Positions 1 through 11,085 of a stretch of 64,000 nt of DNA are shown here, piece by piece. Position 1 is the first letter of the stretch, and every line of letters begins with the position of its first letter. The notes below the pieces were generated by a model. The model was not told the DNA's origin. It did not search any database and saw only the letters and a program-made list of their open reading frames with translations. The DNA comes from Phoronis australis. Its lineage: Eukaryota > Animalia > Phoronida. The position numbers and the translations under genes are program-made. The stretch lies in assembly GCA_002633005.1 (NCBI GenBank), contig NMRA01000330.1, forward strand, positions 124,001 through 188,000. Reading direction: 5' to 3'.

Positions 1-529
1 TTTACCAATGACCTGAATTTGAAATGCACATAAAAAGTTCAGTGTGGGGCTATCGTTGTTACACTGTGGTTTCAAGTCCTACTGAAGCAGCAGAGTCTGT
101 AAGCTGCAGCTGCACAAAGCGACTGAAGTAATACATAGCTGTAAAAGGTATGGAAAGAAAACATAAACTGCCCTCTCTAGCCCAATTCGCTCATGACTTA
201 CAAGTTTGGCTCTGGTGGGCACTACAATTGGGGATGTATTTGTAAAAGCCATACCCTGAAAGCATTTAAGTGAACACTAATTAGTAGGAAAAGGGAAAGA
301 ATGGACTCCTTTTGGCGACTTGTTACCTGCAATAATGATGCCTGATGAAAACCAATTTTGGTCAACAACAAATAACAACTTGAAAGATTATTGTCACGGC
401 GTGACAATAACGGACTCTGCGCGTGCGTATTACTGGAATTATTATGGGAAGTTACAGACAGCAACCCGTTTACCAATATGAAAAGGAATTCTTTAAAATT
501 GTAGGAGAAATTACATATTAATTTTTTGA

Positions 530-1614
530 TGACCTTTGCACTAATTGACCTCTTCCGGTGCATTATGAGCCCCGATGAGGGAGTAATTGTTAACTCGATT
601 AAAAGTGTGGGTAATGCTAATAATCACAGGTATTTTACTTTAAGCACTTCAGAATACAAGATGAATGAAGTGGTAAAACTTTCAGAAGAAAAATGTACCT
701 AATGACCCCATGGGTGCACCAAATGACCAGAAAATTTAGAATTCAAACTCAATTGCACTTAGTAAACAGATACATAATTCTGAAGTCTCTAGCTCAAAAT
801 TTTAGTTTGCACTCAATGACCTTTGACCTAATTTTTCTGATTGGTTAGGCCTATTGTGAAGTAAAGTAGGGTATTCAATTGGCATGTTGACTTATACCAG
901 TGTGCTGAAATTGAAAAGAATTCCTTGAAAAACGTAAGAGATATAACATTTTGAACGTTACATGACCTTTGCACTAATTGACCTTATCCAGTGCATTTTA
1001 AGCAGCTTTAGGAGAATTATTGCAAAGCCCATGGAAAATGTGTTTAACGCTGAGAATCACAGTTGTCTAACGGTTGACACATCAGAGTACTTGCTGATTG
1101 AAAAGGTCAAATTTTCAGAAGATAAATGCAACTAATGACCCCATGTTTGCACTAAATGACCTGAAACTTTGGATTCCGATTTGATTTACCTGTGGCAATC
1201 AGACCTGTCAACTTGAAGTGTCTAGCTCAAAATTTTAGTTTGTACCTAATGACCTTGACCTATTTCACCTGATTGGATGAACCGATTACTTAAAAAAGTA
1301 ATATTTAAATTGTCATGTTGACTTATACCTGTGCACCGAATTTGAAAAAGATAGCTTTAAAACTGAAGGAGTAGCATTTTGAAAATCATATGACCTTTGC
1401 ACCAAACGACCTCTTCCGGTGCAATATGGAATACGATCATATAACCAATCAAAATTTATATACTGTCAAAAGTCATATGCTGAATTTAAAGACCGTACCT
1501 GCACCCAATTTGGAGTTATTAAGCCTCAAAGTTGGTCGGAAGAAGAATAAGAATAAGAATAAAATTGAAGAAAACCCAGGAACAACAGTACTCTGCGCTT
1601 ACACGCGCAGAGTA
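530..1614. mobile_element. HINE/Helentron-like non-autonomous element (~430-bp diverged tandem core, AAGAAT microsatellite, terminal hairpin)
   Basis: Anchor TGACCTTTGCAC recurs at 530, 963 and 1391 (spacing 433 and 428). (AAGAAT)n lies at ~1540-1562 and a hairpin TACTCTGCGC-ttacac-GCGCAGAGTA at 1589-1614. The left end is not determined. Confidence 0.5.
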
Positions 1615-1687
1615 ATAAATATGAAGATTTGAGTAAACAATCAGATGTCCTGACCTTGACGTGGTTCTCATTCCTATGTGACTTTCT

Positions 1688-1832
1688 CATGGGTGGCGCA
1701 GCACCGAAACAAGTGGGGGACTTAAGGCCCCTCCAGTCCCCTACAGTGCGCTGCACATGTCAATGGGGGGGCACAGTACCCAAATAAGAGGGGCTATAGC
1801 CCCACCCAGCCTCGTATGGTGCGTCGCCCATG
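1688..1832. mobile_element. MITE with CATGGG(C/T)GGCG TIRs and 5-bp TSD (hAT5-like)
   Basis: Ends CATGGGTGGCG and CGTCGCCCATG; flanks TTTCT at 1683-1687 and 1833-1837. Confidence 0.75.
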
Positions 1833-2041
1833 TTTCTATCAGTTTTACATACCCTTTTTTCTGAACTTAACTGCTTGAGGTCATCAGGAGAAAATGAGCT
1901 CCAAAAAGCCTCCGAGAGCCAGCCCACAATAGCTTGATGGGGCTATGTAGGCCTGGACATCAGTCTGCTCAAATCACAAGTATGAGAAAATTTAAAAACT
2001 GAACTCTGAAGCCGTCTCAAATTCAACATTGGTACATTTAA

Positions 2042-2392
2042 AGGATACTAAGCCCGGTTTTGACCTAGTTAACAGATATTTAAATTGCTATCCCACCTAA
2101 TACCCTGAAACAAAATAATTCTCAGTAAACCTCAACAACCCTAAAAGATTTGGAGGAAAATTTGAAAACTCTTTTCGAAGTTTGCCAAACCGGCAAGCGC
2201 GCTTTTACCAAATTACAAGGCAACTTTCAACAAAGACCACCCATCACAAACCAAAATATTCAATCTGTGACATAGGGAGTAAGAGTTTTCAGTTGATTCC
2301 TGCTTTTATCTTTCAAGACTGACGTTAATGATGCATTAGCAGGTGATAGAACGGGAAGTGGCTGAAATCATCAAAACAGGGTTTAGTATCCT
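2042..2392. mobile_element. Kolobok-like MITE
   Basis: TIRs AGGATACTAAGCCCGGTTTTGA and TCAAAACAGGGTTTAGTATCCT, with TTAA on both flanks. A related end fragment lies near 32987. Confidence 0.6.
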
Positions 2393-2840
2393 TTTAACTA
2401 TAAGAACTAAGATTTGCTCAGCTAGCAACTTATTTCAAATCTACCTCCACTCACTATCAAACCTTGCTCTGTAGCTCTCATGCTGTACCAGCCAGCAATT
2501 CCAAAATGATTGGAATCTGAAATTTAAATTTTGTACAAAAATTAATTTGTAGCTTCATTACAAAATCACACTTAAGTGCCATCTACACACAGACACATAT
2601 CGCCAAACTCTGTCTCTCCAATAACCACCTATCCACTTTTGGTCAATATTGTTACACAGGCATTAGTATATTAACCGTATGTCAATATTGTAACATAAGC
2701 ATTCGTATGGACTTTTGACCAATATTGTTACATAGGTATAAAAACAGTATATGGACCTTTCAATATTTGTAACGCAGACATTAGCATATAAACTTTTGGC
2801 CGATATTATTACACAGGCATTAGCCACACCTGTAACGTAC

Positions 2841-2921
2841 CTTTAGCCACCACCCAACCTATTCCAACTTCTTTGGCTTTCTTGATGGCTAAGTCAATGC
2901 AAAATCTGCCAACAGTCGGAC
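2841..2921 (-). CDS. Ldh_2-family dehydrogenase exon 3 (duplicate copy)
   Basis: tttag|GT CCG...AAA G|gtacgt; 81 nt, phase 1-1; encodes GPTVGRFCIDLAIKKAKEVGIGWVVAKG. Confidence 0.75.
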
Positions 2922-3529
2922 CTAAAGTACAAACATTCATTTATGTTACGTGCACAATATGGTTGCCACCGTGGGTATATTTATATGACCATGCAGAACC
3001 CCAAGTTCAAACAGTGCTTTCAGAAATTTAGTCTGTTCCTCAGTCCTCCACTACTGCATAGATCATTCAGAGTTACTGGCCAGGAATGATTTTGTGAAGC
3101 CGTTTTTACACGAGGAACAATTGTCACGGCGCGAGTTTTCACCGCACTCAGTTGTTTTACTTCGGTCGCATTTACACCATAAACATCACAAACTATATCA
3201 GTATGAGCAATTGACACCAAAACTGTCTGCGCATGCTTGCATAGCAATACTGAATGTCCAAACCACGTGGAAGGTTGGCGGATCACCCATATTTTCGCTT
3301 TCTCACAAGCGTAACAGAGATGATCCCTTCTGCCTTGCCCCANCACAGGCATTAGTATATTAACCGTATGTCAATATTGTAACATAAGCATTCGTATGGA
3401 CTTTTGACCAATATTGTTACATAGGTATAAAAACAGTATATGGACCTTTCAATATTTGTAACGCAGACATTAGCATATAAACTTTTGGCCGATATTATTA
3501 CACAGGCATTAGCCACACCTGTAACGTAC

Positions 3530-3610
3530 CTTTAGCCACCACCCAACCTATTCCAACTTCTTTGGCTTTCTTGATGGCTAAGTCAATGCAAAATCTGCCA
3601 ACAGTCGGAC
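3530..3610 (-). CDS. Ldh_2-family dehydrogenase exon 3
   Basis: Same 81-nt exon; the AIxKAKxxGIGxVxxxG motif is typical of the Ldh_2 family (PF02615). Confidence 0.85.
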
Positions 3611-3787
3611 CTAAAGTACAAACATTCATTTATGTTACGTGCACAATATGGTTGCCACCGTGGGTATATTTATATGACCATGCAGAACCCCAAGTTCAAA
3701 CAGTGCTTTCAGAAATCTAGTCTGTTCCTCAGTCCTCCACTACTGCATAGATCATTCAGAGTTACTGGCCAGGAATGATTTTGTGAA

Positions 3788-4267
3788 GCCGTTTTTACAC
3801 GAGGAACAATTGTCACGGCGCCAGTTCTCACCGCACTCAGTTGTTTTACTTCGGTCGCATTTACACCATAAACATCACAAACTATATCAGTATGAGCAAT
3901 TGACACCAAAACTGTCTGCGCATGCTTGCATAGCAATACTGAATGTCCAAACCACGTGGAAGGTTTGCGGATCACCCATATTTTCGCTTTCTCACAAGCG
4001 TAACAGAGATGATCCCTTCTGCCTTGCCCCAATTTGTGCTTAGAAGAGAAGTGCACTTGACACGGCAGAAACTGATCAAGTGCAACTTGCTCTATTTATC
4101 AAACCCGTGTCAAAAACGCCCGCCGAGGTGTCAACGTGCTCCGTGTCAGTCGTGTTTACACACATCATTCTGGCAACCAATCAGCTGCTCCGTGTCAGTC
4201 GTGTTTACACACATTCTGGCAACCAATCAGCTGCTCCGTGTTAACTGCCCCTCGTGTAAATACAGAT
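3788..4267. mobile_element. MITE (PIF/Harbinger-like ends) with an internal ~50-bp direct repeat
   Basis: GTTTTTACACGAGG at the left end and CCTCGTGTAAATAC at the right end. TCCGTGTCAGTCGTGTTTACACACAT...CTGGCAACCAATCAGCTGC occurs twice at 4140-4240. Confidence 0.45.
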
Positions 4268-4952
4268 TAAGACATGCTCAAATGATAAAAAAGTCATTTC
4301 TTCTTCTGCACCATCCAGTCGAAGAACCCCAGTGTCTGAAATTTTTAATAAATTTATTACAGGAAATGGAAGTCTTTACAAATGACTTCAAAAATTCAAA
4401 CAATGGCATAAAGATAAACGGGAAGTGGTGCGATAAATCATTGAATTTTCAATTAAGCGTAGAAACTCGGTCACCTGAAACCAAACAACTAATATTTTCA
4501 AATAAAATGTAGCTAGTTAATTAGCCTTTTTGTTAGACATTCATTTCCTATAAATTTTCGGGCACTGCTATTCAAAACCAACAGGGAACAATTTAACAAT
4601 TTTCTTATTAGTCAAGACCAGTACCATAGTCTTTCTTGAGGTTGTGTAGGAACCTAGAAAGATGTCCAAATCATATCCACATGGAACGTTTGGATACTAC
4701 TAGTTATGCTCTCCAAAACACCAGTAATTGTTTTTAAAAATTTTACACTTTTGCATGAGGGGATATCAAAAAAATTGGACCTTTCATTATTGTCATGAAA
4801 AATGAAATGATGTTTTAGAAAACTGTCACTGAAAACCAGTCACGCCACCTATTGCAGATCTATAATAATTGTCCATTCACACTACTGGTAAGCATTACCA
4901 GGAAGTCATACCTTGGCATGCCTAGAGGTCAAGAGTTCATCAACATACATAC

Positions 4953-5057
4953 CCACTCCATTTCTGCCATCAACGTACGCTGTGGCTGGGGTCTCATTCA
5001 ATACAACTGGTTCACTGGAGACTGTAGTTTGGCTTTGTATATCTTTAATATACATAT
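4953..5057 (-). CDS. Ldh_2-family dehydrogenase exon 2
   Basis: ttttctag|AT ATG...GTG G|gtatgt; 105 nt, phase 1-1; encodes DMYIKDIQSQTTVSSEPVVLNETPATAYVDGRNGVG (VDGxNGxG motif). Confidence 0.9.
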
Positions 5058-6762
5058 CTAGAAAATACAACAATTTTCAGTGCATGACCTCAAGCAATAA
5101 AGAAGTGCCAACTTCTTTCCAAAGCCCAGAAAATAAAAGTACTTTTAACCGGAATAAGGAACAAGATGATACGAAAGTGAGTGGTCTAAATGACAGGTGG
5201 TAGCTTTGCTCAACAACTCAAAAGTTTGAAAGACCATGGATGGAACTTAAGAGTGGTTCACAGCAAATTCATATGGCAGGTAAACCATTGCATGCTTATG
5301 ATTGTTCTTGTGTTGTACATTGCAGGCCACCCAATCATGTAGACGGACATTTTATATTATTTAAAAAACAAAGAACAATGTTTACTCCCTCCCCTCCCCC
5401 CACTCTGTCAATGATGCATGAACAGTGCTAACTTCCAGTCCTCCAAGAAAAAACAAAATATTCTCGCTTAATTCAGCTGGATATTGTTAGGAAAGTGGGC
5501 ATATTTCTGGCTCACCTATTCATAGATCCACAGGTATAATCAAACAATTATCTGCTCAGGCAGGACCATAAACCATTTAAGGTGTGTTTATATAGTTTCA
5601 CAGTCCAACTGGGACAACTGTATGTCTAAGAGCAAGGTTCACATACTTTCACTGACCTCAGGCTTGCATGTCATGGAAGTGACACTTATGATTTACAGCC
5701 TGTTTATATGTTCGTATTGTATTGTTCATCGGAGCACAACAATAAACAGTTTCCCCGTTCTTGACACAATAGTGGTCAGTTACATTTAAGTAAGCGGTTG
5801 AACATATCAGACAACATCGTCGAGACTACTGCACTGACACACGAACAATTTACACAGCCATCTGCACAATTCTAAGCCAATATAGTTGCCCTCCCTTTCA
5901 AGCCAAAATGAACTAAACAATACTGTGGAAGGCCAGACTAACCAACTTATGAAAATGCCGGTATTGACGCCTTAAAACGGCATTTTTCAGATCTCTTTAT
6001 ATGATTCAGCTGCAATGCATGGCCTGGCCCCCACACCCACTGGTCTGTTATAGAAACAATGTTTGATGCCAAAAGAGCCAAATTTAAAACAAAGCAGTGA
6101 CCTTTTCGTAGAACCATTTTACAAATAGGTTTTTTGAGCCCACTCTAAAAAAGTAGGTGTACCTATGATGCTGGTCATAAATGTTCAGGTACCCCCTGGA
6201 AAATTTCCTGACTCCAGGGAAGCAGGCATTGCATGACAGATGTAAAAGAAAATCAGAGTGAGTAGGCTGTACATAGAGCACTCCGGGGGGAGTTCAAGCT
6301 TTTAGGTTGTTGCTGCCTGTGGCTACGTCTTGGCTTCAGGTGACTCAGAAATCGCTAAGAATTCAATTGGTCTAGCTTATGGTCTACAAGAGGTTCCTGG
6401 AGAGGGATACTGGCTTGTCAACCAGATAACATTGTTCATATTCACTGGTCTCGCACAAAACCTCAAACTTTTCAAGTGGAGACGATTTTGCTGATTTCTG
6501 TGTCTCTACACTCTACAGCCACAGGCACACTCAGCAGCCGCTCGACATATTAAATACATGACAGTGTCATGACATGATAGGTTGCCTTGTCTGTGCGGCT
6601 CTACCAGACGTGGGAAATATATATAACTGGCTGGTCATGTTCGATTCCTATCCTGAGGCTGAGTGGAAGAATTGTTTGAATTCGGCCATAAGTAACGATG
6701 AGTGACCCTTTGACCTGTTGGTCCAACCAGTCACACGACACACCGTATCATCGTATTCATAC

Positions 6763-6925
6763 CTAACCGATTCAAACCATGGCTGAAATGACCGCGGTAA
6801 TCAGCCACCGCTAACAATTCAGCCAGATCGCAAGCGTGCTCCTCCTTTGTACCCACTGCTACCATGCACTTTGTGACAAATTTCTTTACTTCGTCGACAG
6901 GCACCACCACTTCGTTGTGCGACAT
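6763..6925 (-). CDS. Ldh_2-family (type 2 malate/L-lactate/hydroxyacid) dehydrogenase exon 1; gene continues beyond the window start
   Basis: MSHNEVVVPVDEVKKFVTKCMVAVGTKEEHACDLAELLAVADYRGHFSHGLNRL then G|gtatg. The ADxRGHxSHGxNRL motif is diagnostic of the family. Confidence 0.92.
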
Positions 6926-7011
6926 TCTCCCTACTTGTCACAGCTGGGATCTGGGATTCACAGTTTCAAAGCAACCGAAAAAGAGGCAATTTACAACTAG
7001 GTCGTTGTGGT

Positions 7012-7082
7012 TGTAAACATTTACCACGTGACTGTCACGTGTGCTCCAGGGATGCCAATGAGTTGTATATATCTCATTGGTT
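7012..7082. promoter_or_regulatory. Candidate promoter of the Ldh_2 gene: paired E-boxes, forkhead site, CCAAT boxes
   Basis: Palindrome CACGTGAC-T-GTCACGTG at 7025-7041, TGTAAACA at 7012, CCAAT at 7055 and ATTGG at 7076; all about 90-155 bp upstream of the ATG. Confidence 0.45.
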
Positions 7083-8029
7083 GCGACCAGCCTTCAACTG
7101 AGATAGTTAGTCCGTGCCCCGACGGAATTCAAATTAATGCGCCAGCGCGGCTGTTCGAACGGGTGTGCGCGCTCAACTAACTCGAATTTTAGCCCCCCAC
7201 TTTTTTCAGTGCTGCGCGTGAGTTACTTACGCAGGATTTTTCAGACACTGAGCGTCGAAATGTTCTCATTTGCGTGCCCCCTCACGGATTCGGGATCGCA
7301 ACGTCACTCCGATAGGCGGATTTGGAGGGGGGATCGCCCACCCCCTTGGCACTGCATGCAAAATGGAACAGCGTGAAGCGTGAGGAAATATTGAGTAAGC
7401 AATTAAGTAGGACGGGGAGAAGGGGGTGCTCCAGATATCGCGGCGTTCCCGTTTTTTTTTCTTCTTTTTTTTAGTCCACCTGTAGCTTTCCCAAACAGAA
7501 GGTTTACATAACCGGCTCCCGCAACTTCGGGCCTGGCTGTACAATCGCGCTTTGCCTAATTCCCTGGACAACCGTTGCCCCCCCTTTGAGGTAGATTCGC
7601 CACTGTCGCCGCACAGCAAATTCTTGATTCAGTCGTCAGTTGCCACAAAAAAGCGACCTTGATATTCTAGATTTCCACCTGCTTTACACTTTACCATCAT
7701 CTCCTATTTCAGTCTTCATCTACATCGTCACTCGCAGCTTGTGTTTTCTTTGAAAAAAAATCTGCATTACAGTCAGATGAGAGAGCTAAGTCGGCGGAAA
7801 CGGAGTCTGCACACTGTCACTGCCGGTCGTCTAGGTTATCAGGCGCATAACGACCAGGAGCCATAGTTCCCGTTACCGTGACGATTGCGACGGTTGTCTG
7901 AATCGGACACTTGATATCGAGATTGGCCCCTCCTTCCGGCCACACGCATACGGGATAACTAAAACTCCACACAGTTGTCAAATCACATGTTGTTTCGGTC
8001 ACATAATGCTAATTACCGGGGTTAATTAA

Positions 8030-8177
8030 CAATGCTGTAGTGATAAAATTAGAGGTACGTAGGCGCCCAAAACCTCACGTACCGTATCACCTTGAGCACT
8101 GAACTGCGTAGACGCTAAGTTCAATTCCCATAAGGCGGTTGCGCCTACGTGCGCCTATATGCCCCACTACATCACTG
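8030..8177. mobile_element. 148-bp hAT MITE
   Basis: Ends CAATGCTGTAGTG and CACTACATCACTG; 8-bp TSD TTAATTAA at 8022-8029 and 8178-8185. Confidence 0.8.
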
Positions 8178-8384
8178 TTAATTAATTAATAAACTCAATA
8201 TTTCCTTACGCTTTTGCTGTTTTATTTTTTGCAGCCATCATGCAAGGGGGGAGGGGAGCGGGGCCCATGGCCTCCCTCCCTAAATCCGCCGGCTATACTC
8301 AGTGTCAATGACCGCCGGGTCATAAAACTATGATAACTTCAGCCTAGTTATTCTCAGTTGTAAAAACACAACTTCTTAACTTTT

Positions 8385-11085
8385 TGTCGGTCACTTTATA
8401 TTGGTATACAGAACATAAATACAAAGACATGTAAGACAAAAATAGAGCCGTTCTCACTCTTAACATACACACCCGCACACACGCACCCACCACCCCTCAA
8501 CATACCCACCCACTTTTAGTAGGATGTTGTCAGGCAAAAGTTATGGTTAACCAGTTTCTCCAGGTTACCTGGTATTCATCTNTTCGGTGCTATGCGCATC
8601 TACAATCGTGGTTTGCGCAAATGCTTACAGCCGGACAAAATGTTGGGCCCCCCTTGTGATATCCTAGATCCGCCACTGTTGCATTCGAAAAGGATGTGAT
8701 CTACTGTTTCAGTTTGTGACTGGCAGAAAGTACATACATCAGAGTCCACCAAGTTAATTTTTTAAGATAAGAGTTCGTTACAAGTATTCTGTGTATTAGT
8801 TTAAACTCCAGTGTACATAACTTGAAATCGTAAGTAATTTTAAAAGGCAATGAATATAATTTTTTCCAGTCATCACTTCGAAAGTTATAACCATCTTCTT
8901 GAAATCTTTTTTGGGCAATAGGCAAAATTTTGTTCTGGCAAACAATTTCATGTATCATTTTATATATTGACGTGCAGTTTAAAAAATAGAGATATTAAAA
9001 GGTATTATTGGTCCATGTATCTTAATTAGCTGCATTTGTAATGGTGTTCTCCTAAGAAAAAACCTAATAGACTTTATCAGAGAACAATATTCCAAAAAGT
9101 GTGTAGGTATATTCGAGATCTTTTAAAATTCAGTAAATTATTAAAACCTGTTATTTTCATCAAATAGGCCATTAATAAAAAGAACACCATCGCTAGCATA
9201 CCTGCTAAAGAAGATAGATTTTCCGTCTCTTAGTATTCTATCATTATGTCATAAACTTGTTGAGAGTGAAATCATTCTCATCTTTATGGGGCTGTTTACT
9301 TATGAAAAAAGACCAGTTACTTAGAACTTCGTTCCAAAATATTATTGAATTCTTCAGTATGATGTTTAATAAAATCATTTCCAAAATTTATAACATTTGA
9401 CTTTGCAGTCCCTTTTTCAAGTTCAAATAATTTCACCCATTTTGATTCATAGGTAAGTAGTCTTTTTATCCATGAAATTTTTATAGCCTTGTTAAAAAGA
9501 ATTTTATTCAACATTTTCACGTCCCCTTCCTTACGAGTTTTAGTTAATACATCTCTCCTCACTCTCTCAACTTTGCTATTCCAAATGAACTTAGAAATGC
9601 TTGCGTTCAATTCATTCATAATAATGTACGATGGAGTACAGTGTATGAGGGTTGTCATTATACGAATAATTTTTTGCACCATCAAGGTCTTTACCACCGT
9701 AACTTTCCCAAAAAAGAGATTTTTCTTGTAGACTAAATTTTTATAGGATTATAGATTTCATTGTAGTTGATGTCAATAATTTTTTCTAGGTTAACACTTA
9801 ACTTGATACCTAGCATCTTTAATTCCGTTATGCTCCATTCCAACTTCCATTTTGCATGATGGAAAACATCTTTAGAAAATTTTTTACTGCCCAACCAAAT
9901 AACATTTGTTTTGTAATAATTTACTCTCAAACCAGACAGTTCTGTATATCTACTCAAAACTTCCATGGCAGCTTCCGAACTACGCCGTGAACTATTTAAG
10001 AAAAACGTTGTGTTATCAGCATACTGAGAAAGTATAAAATCATCATTTCCTATTTGAATGCCTTTAATTTCCCTATCTTGTTTCGTTATCATAGGTAATA
10101 TTTCAGCACATAAAATGAAAACATATGGAGACAGAGGATCACCTTGTCTACAGCCCCTGTGCAGAATAAAACTTCTTGACAGAAAACCGTTTAGAAAAAT
10201 ATACCGGACACCGGACAATTATAAAAGGTTTTAACCCAACGCTTATTTGAGGCCTTGAATTTAAAAATATCCAAAACGTTATTTATGAAGTTACATGACA
10301 AAGCTTTTTCAAAGCCTATTTGTAATAACAGCCCCAGTATACCATTTTCCACAGAAATTCATAATGTCAAAGGTCAATCTTGTGTTTTCATCCACACATC
10401 TCCCTTTGATAAATCCCGTCTGATCCGGGGAAATTACATATCCATGTACCTTTTTCATTCCTCTAGCAATACATCCGGATGCCAACTTGAGCAAAGTTAT
10501 TGATCTCCATTTTTTATGATTATTTTAGCCTTATCTGACTTTGGAATTAAAGTTACAAAGCCCGTTTTTTTGCGTGTTTGACATTTCAATTTTTATCATA
10601 GCTTTCATTTATGTGTCTTAAAACAAAATAGTCTAAATCTTTCCAGAAAAACTTGAAAATTTCATTTGACCCGGGCCTTTTTTCATTTTTTGAAGTTTTC
10701 AAGACAAATCAGAGTTTTTCATATGTTATGTGTCCCTCAAGCTCCATAGCAAAATTATCGGGAAGGTTTTTTGAAACAATAATTTTCTCTATTTTACTTT
10801 TTTCAGGAGAACTGTTATGAGAATAAAATTTTTCGTAAAAATTCGCGGCCTCGTCTAGCACCTTTTCTTGATTTGTAATTATTTCTCCCATTTCCAATTC
10901 TATTTCATACATAAATTTGTTATAAAAATGTCTCGATTCTAAATTACAAAAATGTTTTGTTGGGCGTTCCCCCTCCTCTATCCATTTTGCCCTGGATCTG
11001 ACGTAATACCCTTTTAATTTCTCTGACCTTATCTCTAGAAGAGCACTCTTATACCTTTCTAAATCTTCAAAAGTTCTGTCATTCG
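8385..11085 (-). mobile_element. Degenerate, 5'-truncated L1/Tx1-clade LINE (ORF2 reverse transcriptase pseudogene)
   Basis: Frameshifted fragments RSRAKWIEEGERPTKHFCNLE, ISPDQTGFIKGR, RGCRQGDPLSPYVFILCAEIL, SQYADNTT, FIWNSKVERVRR and FKLIHRILVTNSYL. A probable 3' UTR lies at ~8385-8560. Confidence 0.9.

Larger units (their letters stand above)
2655..4031. repeat. 688-bp near-identical direct duplication around a single n (probable uncollapsed haplotypes)
   Basis: 2655-3342 matches 3344-4031 with a few substitutions; n at 3343. Confidence 0.85.

Noticed and set aside
2655-4031. Tandem duplicated, mutually exclusive exon 3 of Ldh_2
   Set aside because: The exon copies are identical and the duplication is joined by a single n, which is typical of unmerged contig overlap.
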